64,000 nt of DNA. Source: a virus (lineage: Duplodnaviria > Caudoviricetes). The stretch is taken from positions 66 through 64,065 of the IMG/VR virus record IMGVR_UViG_3300008267_009718. One strand, given 5' to 3'. A program made the translations under genes and the position numbers. Below are positions 9,353 through 19,562 of the stretch, in pieces. Position 1 is the first letter of the stretch, and each line of letters opens with the position of its first letter. The notes under the pieces were generated by a model that made no database searches, was not told the origin of the DNA, and saw nothing but the letters and a program-made list of their open reading frames with translations.

Positions 9353-11081
9353 CTATTGTTGGTAAATTAATGTCATTTATAAATTTGTTAGGTCTTTGAG
9401 TTCCTTCTGGTATAAGTCTAAATATTGTGTTAACATATGGATATTGTTTTCCATTAATAAATGGATAATCCACACCTAAACCACTACCATCTATAAATCC
9501 GATTGGGTATAAATCTCTCCACCTAAAACTATTTGATAGATTTGAATAAAACGCATAATCAGGTAAATTAACTATTTGTGAGGAATCCGCTTCTTCAATA
9601 TAGTCTGAAAAAACTCTTAACGTAATTGGGTTATGTGGTTTATAATAATAACCAAGTGGATTATTAATATTAGTGTTACCTGTTAAACTAAAAAATGTAG
9701 GATTATAGGTAATCTTATGATAAAGTGTTGATATTACTCTTTCTTTTTGCTCGTAATTGTTAAATTCACAAAAATCACCGTCTATTATATCCCCAACATT
9801 TAAATCCTCATTGTATATAAAATTTCCCGCAGATGGTACAAATAAACTAGTGTATGAATTTGTAGATATATTTGTATTTGACAAAACGTTATTTATGTTC
9901 CACCAAGGAGATGGTTGATTGTTTACTAAAGGTAAATTGAAATCGTACCCTTGTCTTAAGGGTCTTGTCCAACCAAAAAATCCCTTCCAAACTGTCGTAA
10001 AGTATAATTCCGTAATAGGTCGTTTTTGATTATCTATTAAATTTGATATATCAATATCCGTGTTAAATGATAATGTGTAAGATTGATTACCTTCTTTTAT
10101 CGATGTTCTTGACATGTTATTTGGGGTTAATACAGTTGGTTCAAATTTTACTTTAGATGTAAAAGAATTTTGTTCAAAACCAGCCTTTACTATAACCGCA
10201 TTTGAGGACTCAGTTAAAATTTTGTGTCTTCTCACATAGTAGGTTGATGTAGTTTCTGTTTGGTTACTAATATCAATAATTCTTTTAAACGTACCTGTCG
10301 TACCTTGTAAAAAAGTTGTTCCCGTATATCCTATGTTATCAATATTGAAAATATATTCTTCACTATTGCTCCCTTCATTACCCAAACTAGACACTAAAAA
10401 TGTCGTATTATTATTATAATTAATAGTTAACTCGACATAATCGCCAACATTAACACCGTGAGGCATAATTGTCCTAAACGATATAACTCTATCATTATTG
10501 TTACTACCAACATCTATAATGAAAGGTATTCCATCCGATGCCGTCCAAAACCAAGAAGCATTTGTTTGCTCGTCAATCGCACTTAATTGTTTGTTCGGGT
10601 TATTATCAAATGCATAACTCATATAGTGAGTCCAATTGTAGTTTGTTGCACGTTTGTTAACAAAATTTAAATGATTGTTTGGTGGTTGAGTATAACCCTG
10701 TACATTATTATCTGTTCTAATAAATTCAAATTCAAAATATTGAGGATATCCTTCCCAAGGCGTGTTAGGATTAGTAATAGAACTTACAGCATTTGGTATT
10801 GCATTGGAATAATATAAATTATTCCTATATGGTGGATAAGTAGTAGAACCAACTAAAGTGTTTTCAAATATAAAAACGTACTTTGTTACAGGTCTGAAAA
10901 TTAATGATGATTCTCTTTCATCTACAAAAATTTGTTGTAAATTAATATCACTAGTTCTATCAAACTCAACATTTTCTTTCTGTGTCTGTTCTAATGTAAC
11001 ATTTGCCAACATATCAACGTTGGGTGATGTTGCATTCCTTAATGAACCAAGAATAATTTTTGTACTATCATCAACACCCAT
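9339..11081 (-). CDS. Hypothetical structural protein
   Basis: 580-aa ORF coupled to its neighbours (TAATG overlap at 11081). Confidence 0.5.
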   Translation of the reverse strand: MGVDDSTKIILGSLRNATSPNVDMLANVTLEQTQKENVEFDRTSDINLQQIFVDERESSLIFRPVTKYVFIFENTLVGSTTYPPYRNNLYYSNAIPNAVSSITNPNTPWEGYPQYFEFEFIRTDNNVQGYTQPPNNHLNFVNKRATNYNWTHYMSYAFDNNPNKQLSAIDEQTNASWFWTASDGIPFIIDVGSNNNDRVISFRTIMPHGVNVGDYVELTINYNNNTTFLVSSLGNEGSNSEEYIFNIDNIGYTGTTFLQGTTGTFKRIIDISNQTETTSTYYVRRHKILTESSNAVIVKAGFEQNSFTSKVKFEPTVLTPNNMSRTSIKEGNQSYTLSFNTDIDISNLIDNQKRPITELYFTTVWKGFFGWTRPLRQGYDFNLPLVNNQPSPWWNINNVLSNTNISTNSYTSLFVPSAGNFIYNEDLNVGDIIDGDFCEFNNYEQKERVISTLYHKITYNPTFFSLTGNTNINNPLGYYYKPHNPITLRVFSDYIEEADSSQIVNLPDYAFYSNLSNSFRWRDLYPIGFIDGSGLGVDYPFINGKQYPYVNTIFRLIPEGTQRPNKFINDINLPTIDECE

Positions 11082-14000
11082 TAGTCATCTATTGTTTCAA
11101 CATATTTTTTTATGAACTTATTCATTGCCGTGTTCCCATTTTTTAAACCAAAATAAAAATGATTAGGCGCCCCAACCAAAAATGGATTTAAAATTGGTGG
11201 TCCTGTCGGAACAGGATTACCTGATGGATTATAGTTTGTTATAAACCCATAATAAATATTTGGGAAGTTAGTTGTCATTAAAGGTGTTTTAAAATAATCA
11301 TCACCTATAGGGTCTAATGATTGATATTCTTGAGTGTAAAATCCTCCACCAACATTTAGAGTCGTATACCATTCATTGTCTTCATTACCAAAAATACTAC
11401 TATTAGATGCTAATTTCCATCGATAAAGTGGGACTTCTTGAGTACTTGGGTATCCGAATGATTGTTGTAATAATGGTGAAAAATTATAAATGTTAACACC
11501 TGGTGATAATGCCCTTCTGTTTCTATATTGACTATTGTTAGTTACTCCTGTTGCGTTAAAAAATACCCCAAAAACAGGACCTGTTGTATCTTGTCCTATA
11601 TAAATTTTAGTGTCTTCATAATTTCCACTTATGAATGGATTTATTTGATATTCCGAATTTATGGAAAACGATTGTGCGATATCACCATCAATTCTATCTC
11701 CCGTTCTAGAGAAGAATTGGTTAATCGACGCTGATCCAGTTTGAAACAACTGTTGTCCCCAAGTGGCATTAACTAAACGAGAAATTATCCCTAACTGGAG
11801 TATGTCTGAAGTATCATTATATGATGAGCTCATATACGTATTTGCCAAATATCTACCTTCAAATTCTGAATTACCACATATTTCAGAAATAAACTCATCT
11901 CTTTTACCCATATCTAATATCGTTGTTGGGAAAAGGATTTGCCTATTATTTGCGGAATCATCAGGTGTTTGTGTTCCTGTACTGAAAATGATAGAAGCAA
12001 CGGGTTTAGGCGATCCAATGAAGTAATTTCCATTCCAAGGAGAACTTCTATAAAAGAAACTATTACTAAAGTCATTATAAATAATAACATCTTTACAGTA
12101 TCTATTACGTGCTTTTCCCGTAATATTAAACGTGGTTATTTTGTTGAAGGATGGCATATACAAAACACCATTAATCCAATTATTTTGGAATACGTGTCCA
12201 AATACCCCTCTACAAGCTGCGAACATTAAATTGAATCTAGCCTTCCATTCTAAAAATAATCTTATGTCATTATTAAGTTCGGTAACATAATTTCTGTTTA
12301 ATAAGTAATAACATCCCTTTTCGACTTTACCTGTTTGATTACAATTTGGGTTTATCGTAAATCCAGTACCATACCCTTCATAACACTGAAGACTAACCAT
12401 ATTCTCACAAGTTAATGATGATGTTAGTCCAGTAGAAATATCCAAATCTTGGATTGTGGAGTCAGAAACTTGACTTTGACTTAAGAATTCAGTAAATTCC
12501 GCAAATCCTTCGTCAGGTACTCGATAATAAACAAATCTAATGTTTTGATGAAGAGCGTAAAGTGTTTCTGGACTCCCATTATTTCCTTGTAAATTTGTTG
12601 ATGTTGGTAATCTATCACTCCTCATAACAATCCCAAATGGGTTAGAAAAGTTTACTCCGTTTACTGTTGAATCTCCGACATAAGAACGATAAGATGGTGA
12701 ATACATATACCAAAATCTTTCTTGATCGTAATTACTATTTGGATTATCACAAGGAGTGTCCATATCGTATGGTGCCACATAGTCTGTTAAAAGAAATGAT
12801 CCTCCCCCAACGTAATAATCAACTGGAGTGTTTGTAAATGTATTTAATGGAAATGAATAAAGTGATGCATCTGAAATGTTTGTCGGGGTGGATAAGTTAA
12901 ACCCTATACCAGGAGGGAAAGGAGGACCTCCAGATCTGATATTATTAAATGGTAACATATTACATCTTAATGATGGTGTTGTTACAAAATCTAATGTTTG
13001 ATTTGGTGAGACAACACCTGAAGTCAAATATGGTAGTGATGTTAATGTAGTATTAGTTGGTCGATAAGGAGTACTGGATAAACCTGAGTTATCTGAGTCT
13101 GTTGATAAATAATAATAAGGTAACAATGACACTGAGTTTGGGTAACTAATCATCATTGTTTGATTTGGGACATAGGTAAATGATTTTCCATATAACTTCC
13201 TTTGTACGGGATTTGCCGGATTAAAAGGTGTATTGTCGTATGGAAAAGTATTGTGTTCAATTGGTTTCTTTCCGTCAATGTATCCTCTTATAGGATAATT
13301 TATTTTATATTGTCCTGTTACTGTAATTTGTGTACCAACACCTAACGTCCCACCAAAAAGTCTTGTTAGGTTATATTGTACTGTTTGTCTATCAGTGTAA
13401 GGATCAACACCTCTAACAAAAAATATAATACCCATTTCTGGAAAATTACTGAAATTTGCACCAGCAGATTTTTGTGCCTCATAGTCTTCTTGTCCTGAAT
13501 ATTCTTCAAACCTATACCTAATTCTGTGTTGGATGTATTCTTTTGGTAATAGATCATTAGCGTTAAAATTTGGGTTGAGGTCGTAATATTGACCCATAGT
13601 CATACCTGTTATGACTTGGAAATACTCCATATCCGCGGGGTATCTATAAGATCCATCATTATTATTATGAACTATTGTAACATTCTCAAATAAATTGGTA
13701 GTCCAAGTAGAGTCAGTAGGGTCCGCATAAAACATTTGAACTGTTGACGTTCCAGTAAAGGTTGTTCCTGTTATAGAAAAACTATTAAATTGGTTTCCGC
13801 TTGTTATTCCCGTAATTCTATCTAAATCACCACTTAATGCGGGGTTTTGAAACGATATAACATCCCCCGCGAGTAACTCTTCTTGAACTCCCCAATCAAC
13901 CAAAGCGACAACAACTTGATCCCTTATTGGGTTACTTCCATTAATTCTTGTTTCTATAATATTTACTCCTCTGAAATATTTGTCTCTTAAGTTAAAAGAA

Positions 14001-16393
14001 TCCATTTTTTGAGCCCAATGCTCTGTTAATGGGTATCCATATTCATCATTACCCGCTTGTTTTCTTGTGATAAAACTTCGTGAACCTCTTCTAGCGTCTG
14101 ATCCCGTATTGTCTACACCAGAAAACGTTTGTAAATATTGTACTATTGCGTTACCTAATTCTTCAGGATCATCATTCTCAATCTCATCATAATATGGATT
14201 TTTATTTAGATTGTCATTTAAATACAAACCACTTATATTTATATCTGCTAAAAAACTTTGATTTGTGTCGGTTGGTGGTATTGTAGCACCTTCAGTAATC
14301 TCATCATAACTTTCTTCAATAACATCACAATTACAAGACTCACAATCAGGATATGAAATCATAGGTAGAGCAAATTTTGTGAATTTTTTAACTTTTAGTA
14401 GTTGTGGAATCACATAAATTGCATATAACACTGATAAAGTAGTGTATAATATCGCATAAATACCATTACTAATCATTATCCCAATTGCGGGAAAACCATT
14501 AATTAATGTTAACACACATAAAGTGGCTAAATACAATAATATTGTTGGGATTCCAATAATAAGAACCCATTTAAATACAGGCCAAGTTAATGCAATAAAG
14601 TGAGCGATTGATAATAATACTATAAAAGGTATTGTTAATATATTCAAAAATACTGTTACAACAAACTGTAAAAAATCAAAATTTCTAACAGCATCATTAA
14701 CAGGAAATTTATTATTTTCACTTTGACAAGTTCTGTCCGTAATTTCTTTAATACCCAAATGTCTAGAACGATTTTTACCATTTTTGTATCTATCAATGAA
14801 AGAACTTACCGTGTAAACTTTATTATAATTGAATTCATAAAATGTGTCTTCACAATCTATTGCCGCTTGTTTATCCACATAATCATCCCAATCAAGACTA
14901 AAGGCATATGAACGAATTACATTAAAGTATCCTATCGGATATCTTGTATATAATATAGTTTGTGGTTGTGTTACATCAATCGCATTTGATAATATTGTAA
15001 CATTTGACGCAACTGAAATGGGGATACTTCCGTTATCACCCACATAAGGAACTCCATTTATTAGTACCTGAAAGTTTTCTTGGTTATTTGTTCCACCATT
15101 GAATATTAATCCCCCAGGTTGAACTCCAAAAATGGTAACCGAAGTTGTTCCTATTGGAAAGTTAAAGCTTATATCTTGAGTAGAACTATTGGTAGGATCA
15201 GAGTTTAGATTTGTCCATCCGTGTTCTTTAATATTTGGAACTAAATAATTACCTCTTTGAAAATTATTCTGTTGTCCTGTTTCATTTTGCCATTTAATTT
15301 TAAATCTATATTTCCCTTTTGTTGGTATCCCTACTTTTGGATCGTTGGATAATACTTGTTCACCAAACTCATTGGTCGTAATATAATCTAAATTCATTGG
15401 TACATTTGTTAACCAGGTACCATCTCCATCTATAACTTTTCCTTCTTCTTCAAATTCATATACCTCCAATATCGGATCCCCATTTTCATCTACATCAATA
15501 GTTTGTCTTATAGATAAAATTTGTCCAGGACCTGCAACTAAATCACATAAATTACCCGTATTTGCCTTTGGTTTACAATTAGTCTTTAAACTATCTTCAT
15601 TTGTTGTGGATACTAATGAACCCATAAAAACCGCAGTCGGCTGAATACTAATGTTCGCAGATGCAGTTAAGTCAAAATCAACTCTTGTTATCCCTAATAG
15701 ACAAATTTCAGGTTCTCCCCATAATGGTTGTACTTCGATTGTTTGTTTTAAACTTTTTATTTGTGGTAATTCATCTAAATTTGTAGAACTTTTAAATTTA
15801 TTTCCATTAACTTGTGATTCAGTTGCCAATCCCGCAATAATTAAATCTTGTGGTGTTAATGAAAAACATCCAATATCAGATAAGTCAACATCCATAAAAA
15901 CGGTTTGAACTCCTGTGGGGACTCCAAATATCATATAATCACCACTTTCGTTTGTTTTGACTGTGTACTTGTAATATTTGTCATACACCTCAACCAAGGC
16001 TGCATTAGTTAAAACATCATCTCTTGTTGGGAATGTTCCTGTTGCTGCATGTCCTGTATATGAAGGTTTATATGGTAATAAATTATATCTATAACCATCT
16101 TCATTCAAGTCTGTAATATTTCTGTAAGGGTATAGTTCTGATATTACAGGATTCAAACTATCTTCTTCTGAGATTGGGACGAATATCGAAACCTTAGCGT
16201 TTGGCACACCAAAACCACCGTTGACTAAAACTCTACCAACTACAACACCATAATCAGAACACGTTCGAGTATATATGTCACTTTGAAGTATTTTCAAAGA
16301 TAATATTTCCAAATACTCAAAATCTTGTTCTAATTGAATTTTAATAGATTTATCAACCCCTGGTTGGGTTCTTATTCTGTATGATTTAGGCAT
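11081..16393 (-). CDS. Large baseplate-associated protein with N-terminal beta-sandwich and an internal multi-pass hydrophobic segment
   Basis: 1770 aa; N-terminal GVVVGRVLVNGGFGVPNAKVSIF (carboxypeptidase-regulatory-like); about 95 aa of uninterrupted hydrophobic helices around aa 575-665. Confidence 0.6.
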   Translation of the reverse strand: MPKSYRIRTQPGVDKSIKIQLEQDFEYLEILSLKILQSDIYTRTCSDYGVVVGRVLVNGGFGVPNAKVSIFVPISEEDSLNPVISELYPYRNITDLNEDGYRYNLLPYKPSYTGHAATGTFPTRDDVLTNAALVEVYDKYYKYTVKTNESGDYMIFGVPTGVQTVFMDVDLSDIGCFSLTPQDLIIAGLATESQVNGNKFKSSTNLDELPQIKSLKQTIEVQPLWGEPEICLLGITRVDFDLTASANISIQPTAVFMGSLVSTTNEDSLKTNCKPKANTGNLCDLVAGPGQILSIRQTIDVDENGDPILEVYEFEEEGKVIDGDGTWLTNVPMNLDYITTNEFGEQVLSNDPKVGIPTKGKYRFKIKWQNETGQQNNFQRGNYLVPNIKEHGWTNLNSDPTNSSTQDISFNFPIGTTSVTIFGVQPGGLIFNGGTNNQENFQVLINGVPYVGDNGSIPISVASNVTILSNAIDVTQPQTILYTRYPIGYFNVIRSYAFSLDWDDYVDKQAAIDCEDTFYEFNYNKVYTVSSFIDRYKNGKNRSRHLGIKEITDRTCQSENNKFPVNDAVRNFDFLQFVVTVFLNILTIPFIVLLSIAHFIALTWPVFKWVLIIGIPTILLYLATLCVLTLINGFPAIGIMISNGIYAILYTTLSVLYAIYVIPQLLKVKKFTKFALPMISYPDCESCNCDVIEESYDEITEGATIPPTDTNQSFLADINISGLYLNDNLNKNPYYDEIENDDPEELGNAIVQYLQTFSGVDNTGSDARRGSRSFITRKQAGNDEYGYPLTEHWAQKMDSFNLRDKYFRGVNIIETRINGSNPIRDQVVVALVDWGVQEELLAGDVISFQNPALSGDLDRITGITSGNQFNSFSITGTTFTGTSTVQMFYADPTDSTWTTNLFENVTIVHNNNDGSYRYPADMEYFQVITGMTMGQYYDLNPNFNANDLLPKEYIQHRIRYRFEEYSGQEDYEAQKSAGANFSNFPEMGIIFFVRGVDPYTDRQTVQYNLTRLFGGTLGVGTQITVTGQYKINYPIRGYIDGKKPIEHNTFPYDNTPFNPANPVQRKLYGKSFTYVPNQTMMISYPNSVSLLPYYYLSTDSDNSGLSSTPYRPTNTTLTSLPYLTSGVVSPNQTLDFVTTPSLRCNMLPFNNIRSGGPPFPPGIGFNLSTPTNISDASLYSFPLNTFTNTPVDYYVGGGSFLLTDYVAPYDMDTPCDNPNSNYDQERFWYMYSPSYRSYVGDSTVNGVNFSNPFGIVMRSDRLPTSTNLQGNNGSPETLYALHQNIRFVYYRVPDEGFAEFTEFLSQSQVSDSTIQDLDISTGLTSSLTCENMVSLQCYEGYGTGFTINPNCNQTGKVEKGCYYLLNRNYVTELNNDIRLFLEWKARFNLMFAACRGVFGHVFQNNWINGVLYMPSFNKITTFNITGKARNRYCKDVIIYNDFSNSFFYRSSPWNGNYFIGSPKPVASIIFSTGTQTPDDSANNRQILFPTTILDMGKRDEFISEICGNSEFEGRYLANTYMSSSYNDTSDILQLGIISRLVNATWGQQLFQTGSASINQFFSRTGDRIDGDIAQSFSINSEYQINPFISGNYEDTKIYIGQDTTGPVFGVFFNATGVTNNSQYRNRRALSPGVNIYNFSPLLQQSFGYPSTQEVPLYRWKLASNSSIFGNEDNEWYTTLNVGGGFYTQEYQSLDPIGDDYFKTPLMTTNFPNIYYGFITNYNPSGNPVPTGPPILNPFLVGAPNHFYFGLKNGNTAMNKFIKKYVETIDD

Positions 16394-16465
16394 TGAATTC
16401 TTTTTTTGATAAATAGTTTATTTCCTATTTTCAAAAAATAATTCTTTTATTCCAAAAATAAATTA

Positions 16466-18304
16466 TCAGGAAAAATTAACTGTTTTTAGGTTTAAAACTC
16501 GGACATTAATATCTTTATTTGGATACCGGATCTGGTATATTTGAGTAGGTTCTGCAAATATGGTATCCGTAACTAACTCTATTTGTCTTGTACTTGAATC
16601 TATGTAAGATTGAGATGTTTGTGAAGAAGAATATTGCCCACCAACTTTGTTATAAAATTTCATATCTGATATACTTATAACACCATTTTCAGATTGTATT
16701 AATCTTTTTATTTCAGACACATAAACATTTTCACCCATTTGTCTTTGTATTGGGCTGAAATAATTTGTTATAATGTCTATAATTTTTGTTACTACCGCAC
16801 CTTGATTTTGACTAGCATCTAAAACAACATCAACATCAATACTTAAATCAATAACGTTAGCAACTTCAACAGATATATAATCATTTATCATTCTATAATT
16901 TGATAAGTAATTCGCAACATTATTTTTTAACGTATTGGATATTACTTCGGTTAATTTACCATCAGAATCATAAGACAACATTTTAATTTTTATCTTATTA
17001 TTCTCCTCTGTTATTGATACTTTACCAGGAGCCCCAAATTGTGAAGGCATATTTCTTATAACAGATTCATAGTCGTTAATCGTAACCGCTCTGTTTTGTG
17101 CCGCAAAATTGTAAGTAACATATTGTCTAACTTCTTCTGTTGACGGTGCATTAGCACCTCCAATTGCCGCAGTAACATTATTACAAGTCAATGAATTTAT
17201 AACCGTAGTATTTACCGATTCAGAAGGACCATTGACAAAAAATGAAACAGTACCTATTTGGTTTATTATGTTTACACCTAAATTGGTTGCTTGCCCTCCA
17301 CCAACTCTATATTGTACAAATAAAGTGGAATTTGATTTGAGAGCAGCCCCAAGAGCTAAATTATTAATATATTTACTCAATTCTAATTGATACCCGTTTC
17401 TTGCAAATTCTCTTAATTGTTCATCAGCAGATACGTTACCACCACCAAAAGTTAATTTAATAAAACCTTCAGGTGTATATTCTGTTATAAATTTATTATC
17501 GGTTGTAATATATTTTCCAACTTTAATTCCTGGTTGATCTGAAACTTTTGTTGGGTCTTCTATAAACACTCTATTTTCAGCCAATGCTGGCACTTCGTAC
17601 CATCTGTTTTGTGTCCCTAAAAATTCTTGTGGTGTTGGTACAGTCGTAAAGTTAGTACCATCTTTTAATAAGACACTCGTTATACCTAACACATTTTTTT
17701 CAGGTAAAAAGAATTCAAAAAATGGTTTTACGTCATTTGGGGTGATTACTCTCCTGAAGACTTTGGTAAATCCATTTACGACAACTTCTCTCTTTGTAAT
17801 GGTATAATTTACTAATCTACCGCTTGTATCAAAATTTGGTATTTTTAATCTGTTGGGTGATCCCTCCGCATTTACTGCAGATGAAAAGTCTATATCATAT
17901 ACCGTTTCAAATGGTTGCCCCGCACCATTTACTTGTGATCCTCTTCTTAAAATTCCACAATATCTCAAGTCCTCTCTGTCACCAAAAGCGGGTACTGTTA
18001 TAGAAAAATCAACTAATGCAACAGAAGGTCTTAAACCCGGTATTTTTAAACCATAGGTTCTTGCTAAATTATAAATTGAAGTCTTTTGTTGAGCGTATTG
18101 TAATACCGTCTCTTGGATACTTCTATCAATGTTAAAGTGAAGGTTGTCGGTAACCGCAGCGTTTAAATCTAACAACACAGAAAAAACACCAGCGTCGTTA
18201 AAATTTTGAATTAAATCAGGATAATAAGTTCTTGTAAAATTAATTAATTCAGTTCTTATCCCTTGGAAATCCCTTGTGGTGTATGATATTTTTTTGTTAG
18301 CCAT
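16466..18304 (-). CDS. Baseplate wedge protein (T4 gp6 / baseplate J-like)
   Basis: N-terminal YTTRDFQGIRTELINF, YRVGGG, GGANAPSTEEVR and QNRAVTINDY motifs; next to the gp25-like gene. Confidence 0.88.
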   Translation of the reverse strand: MANKKISYTTRDFQGIRTELINFTRTYYPDLIQNFNDAGVFSVLLDLNAAVTDNLHFNIDRSIQETVLQYAQQKTSIYNLARTYGLKIPGLRPSVALVDFSITVPAFGDREDLRYCGILRRGSQVNGAGQPFETVYDIDFSSAVNAEGSPNRLKIPNFDTSGRLVNYTITKREVVVNGFTKVFRRVITPNDVKPFFEFFLPEKNVLGITSVLLKDGTNFTTVPTPQEFLGTQNRWYEVPALAENRVFIEDPTKVSDQPGIKVGKYITTDNKFITEYTPEGFIKLTFGGGNVSADEQLREFARNGYQLELSKYINNLALGAALKSNSTLFVQYRVGGGQATNLGVNIINQIGTVSFFVNGPSESVNTTVINSLTCNNVTAAIGGANAPSTEEVRQYVTYNFAAQNRAVTINDYESVIRNMPSQFGAPGKVSITEENNKIKIKMLSYDSDGKLTEVISNTLKNNVANYLSNYRMINDYISVEVANVIDLSIDVDVVLDASQNQGAVVTKIIDIITNYFSPIQRQMGENVYVSEIKRLIQSENGVISISDMKFYNKVGGQYSSSQTSQSYIDSSTRQIELVTDTIFAEPTQIYQIRYPNKDINVRVLNLKTVNFS

Positions 18305-18310
18305 ATAATA

Positions 18311-18769
18311 TTAAATATTAATAATTACAAAATCGCTAGATTCAAATGCCGTATTACTTATTTTATAATCAATTCTAATCTTTGCGGTATGTTCTAATTG
18401 TGATATATTTGGTACTGTAAATTCTCGTTTGTCCTCCCCATTTATGTATGTACCTTTATTTTCTAAACCATCAGAAGCATCCGTTATTTTTACATTAGTC
18501 ACAGTTAAACCTGGCATATATGTTGTTACCGAATCTCTTATTTCTGATTCTATTTCAGCGAATGTTGGGCCGTCAAGAGGTTCAAAAATATATTCATACA
18601 ATCTTGTACCAAAGTCTGGTAGATAATATCTTGTTCCTTTTCTTGTAAGTAATAAATGTATAAGATTACTTCTTATTTCTTCTGTTGTTGTATCCGAACA
18701 ATCTAAATATTTACCAACATAGGAATCCAAAAAAGGAAAATTAATACCATATGTTGTACCTTTTGCCAT
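18311..18769 (-). CDS. Baseplate wedge / sheath initiator (T4 gp25-like)
   Basis: IRSNLIHLLLTRKGTRYYLPDFGTRLYEYIFEP is the gp25 family signature. Confidence 0.9.
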   Translation of the reverse strand: MAKGTTYGINFPFLDSYVGKYLDCSDTTTEEIRSNLIHLLLTRKGTRYYLPDFGTRLYEYIFEPLDGPTFAEIESEIRDSVTTYMPGLTVTNVKITDASDGLENKGTYINGEDKREFTVPNISQLEHTAKIRIDYKISNTAFESSDFVIINI

Positions 18770-18786
18770 ATGACTCTTTATTTATT

Positions 18787-19209
18787 TTATGTAAGTTCAT
18801 TCAACTTAGATCTCATAATGACATCTCCTTTTCTGAAATTTTTTGCATCGTATTTACAAAGTTTGTTATAACCTGCAGATCTTTTGAATTCACCTGGGGT
18901 GTCTCCTTGTTGGATTCTATACAAAAATATGTGCTCTCTAGCAGCGTCGGCACTTTTAATCTCTCTACCTCTGATTTGATCTATATATTGTTCCTTGGTA
19001 AAACAATATTTTCCTCCTGGTGATGGTTTCGTTTCGTCCATTAATTTTTGAGCAATGAGAACTGGATTTGATTGTACTACATTCTCAATACCTTTTCTAA
19101 TCTTTGTTCCAATCCCTTTTTGTTCCTCAACTTCTTTTTCAGTCTCAAGTAAAACCCTTCTAACCATCCTAGTTAAATCTGATTCGGTTAATCTTACAAC
19201 TTTTTTCAT
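18787..19209 (-). CDS. Hypothetical protein with N-terminal LTESDL leader and degenerate C-terminal LysM-like segment
   Basis: MKKVVRLTESDLTRMVRRVLLE leader; YRIQQGDT...N...NFRKGDVI resembles LysM. Confidence 0.5.
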   Translation of the reverse strand: MKKVVRLTESDLTRMVRRVLLETEKEVEEQKGIGTKIRKGIENVVQSNPVLIAQKLMDETKPSPGGKYCFTKEQYIDQIRGREIKSADAAREHIFLYRIQQGDTPGEFKRSAGYNKLCKYDAKNFRKGDVIMRSKLNELT

Positions 19210-19235
19210 ATATTTTTTTATTATAAATAGTTCAA

Positions 19236-19266
19236 AATAAAAAAAATCACTGTTTTCACAGTGATT
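19236..19266 (-). terminator. Intrinsic terminator ending the replication/nrdJ transcript
   Basis: Minus strand AATCACTGT-GAAA-ACAGTGATT followed by a U-tract. Confidence 0.75.
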
Positions 19267-19477
19267 GATTTAAATTTGTATTACCCTTTTCGTATTTAGG
19301 TGCATAAGGGCAATGTAAACAACCTGAACCACAACAAAAGCCTCTTTTTTTATGGTAATTTTCAGTCATAACCATTTTACCATCTTCCCAATAAAAGTCA
19401 GTATTTTGTAATTTAGGTTTTACAAATTCCCTAATATACATTTCTTGTACCCAATCTTTAGACGCACCTACGTTCAT
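19256..19477 (-). CDS. DUF5522-like small Cys-rich protein
   Basis: FYWEDGKMVMTENYHKKRGFCCGSGCLHCPY motif. Confidence 0.75.
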   Translation of the reverse strand: MNVGASKDWVQEMYIREFVKPKLQNTDFYWEDGKMVMTENYHKKRGFCCGSGCLHCPYAPKYEKGNTNLNQSL

Positions 19478-19478
19478 T

Positions 19479-19559
19479 TTAATTTTTTTTTCTTAAATTA
19501 TACAACGCCATCAATATTTGATGTGATAGCGTTGTATTATTACCCCATTGTATTTTCAT
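19479..19559 (-). CDS. Possible 26-aa micro-ORF (MKIQWGNNTTLSHQILMALYNLRKKN)
   Basis: Fills the gap between the nrdJ stop and the DUF5522 start almost exactly; overlaps a hairpin. Confidence 0.35.
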   Translation of the reverse strand: MKIQWGNNTTLSHQILMALYNLRKKN

Positions 19560-19562
19560 AAT

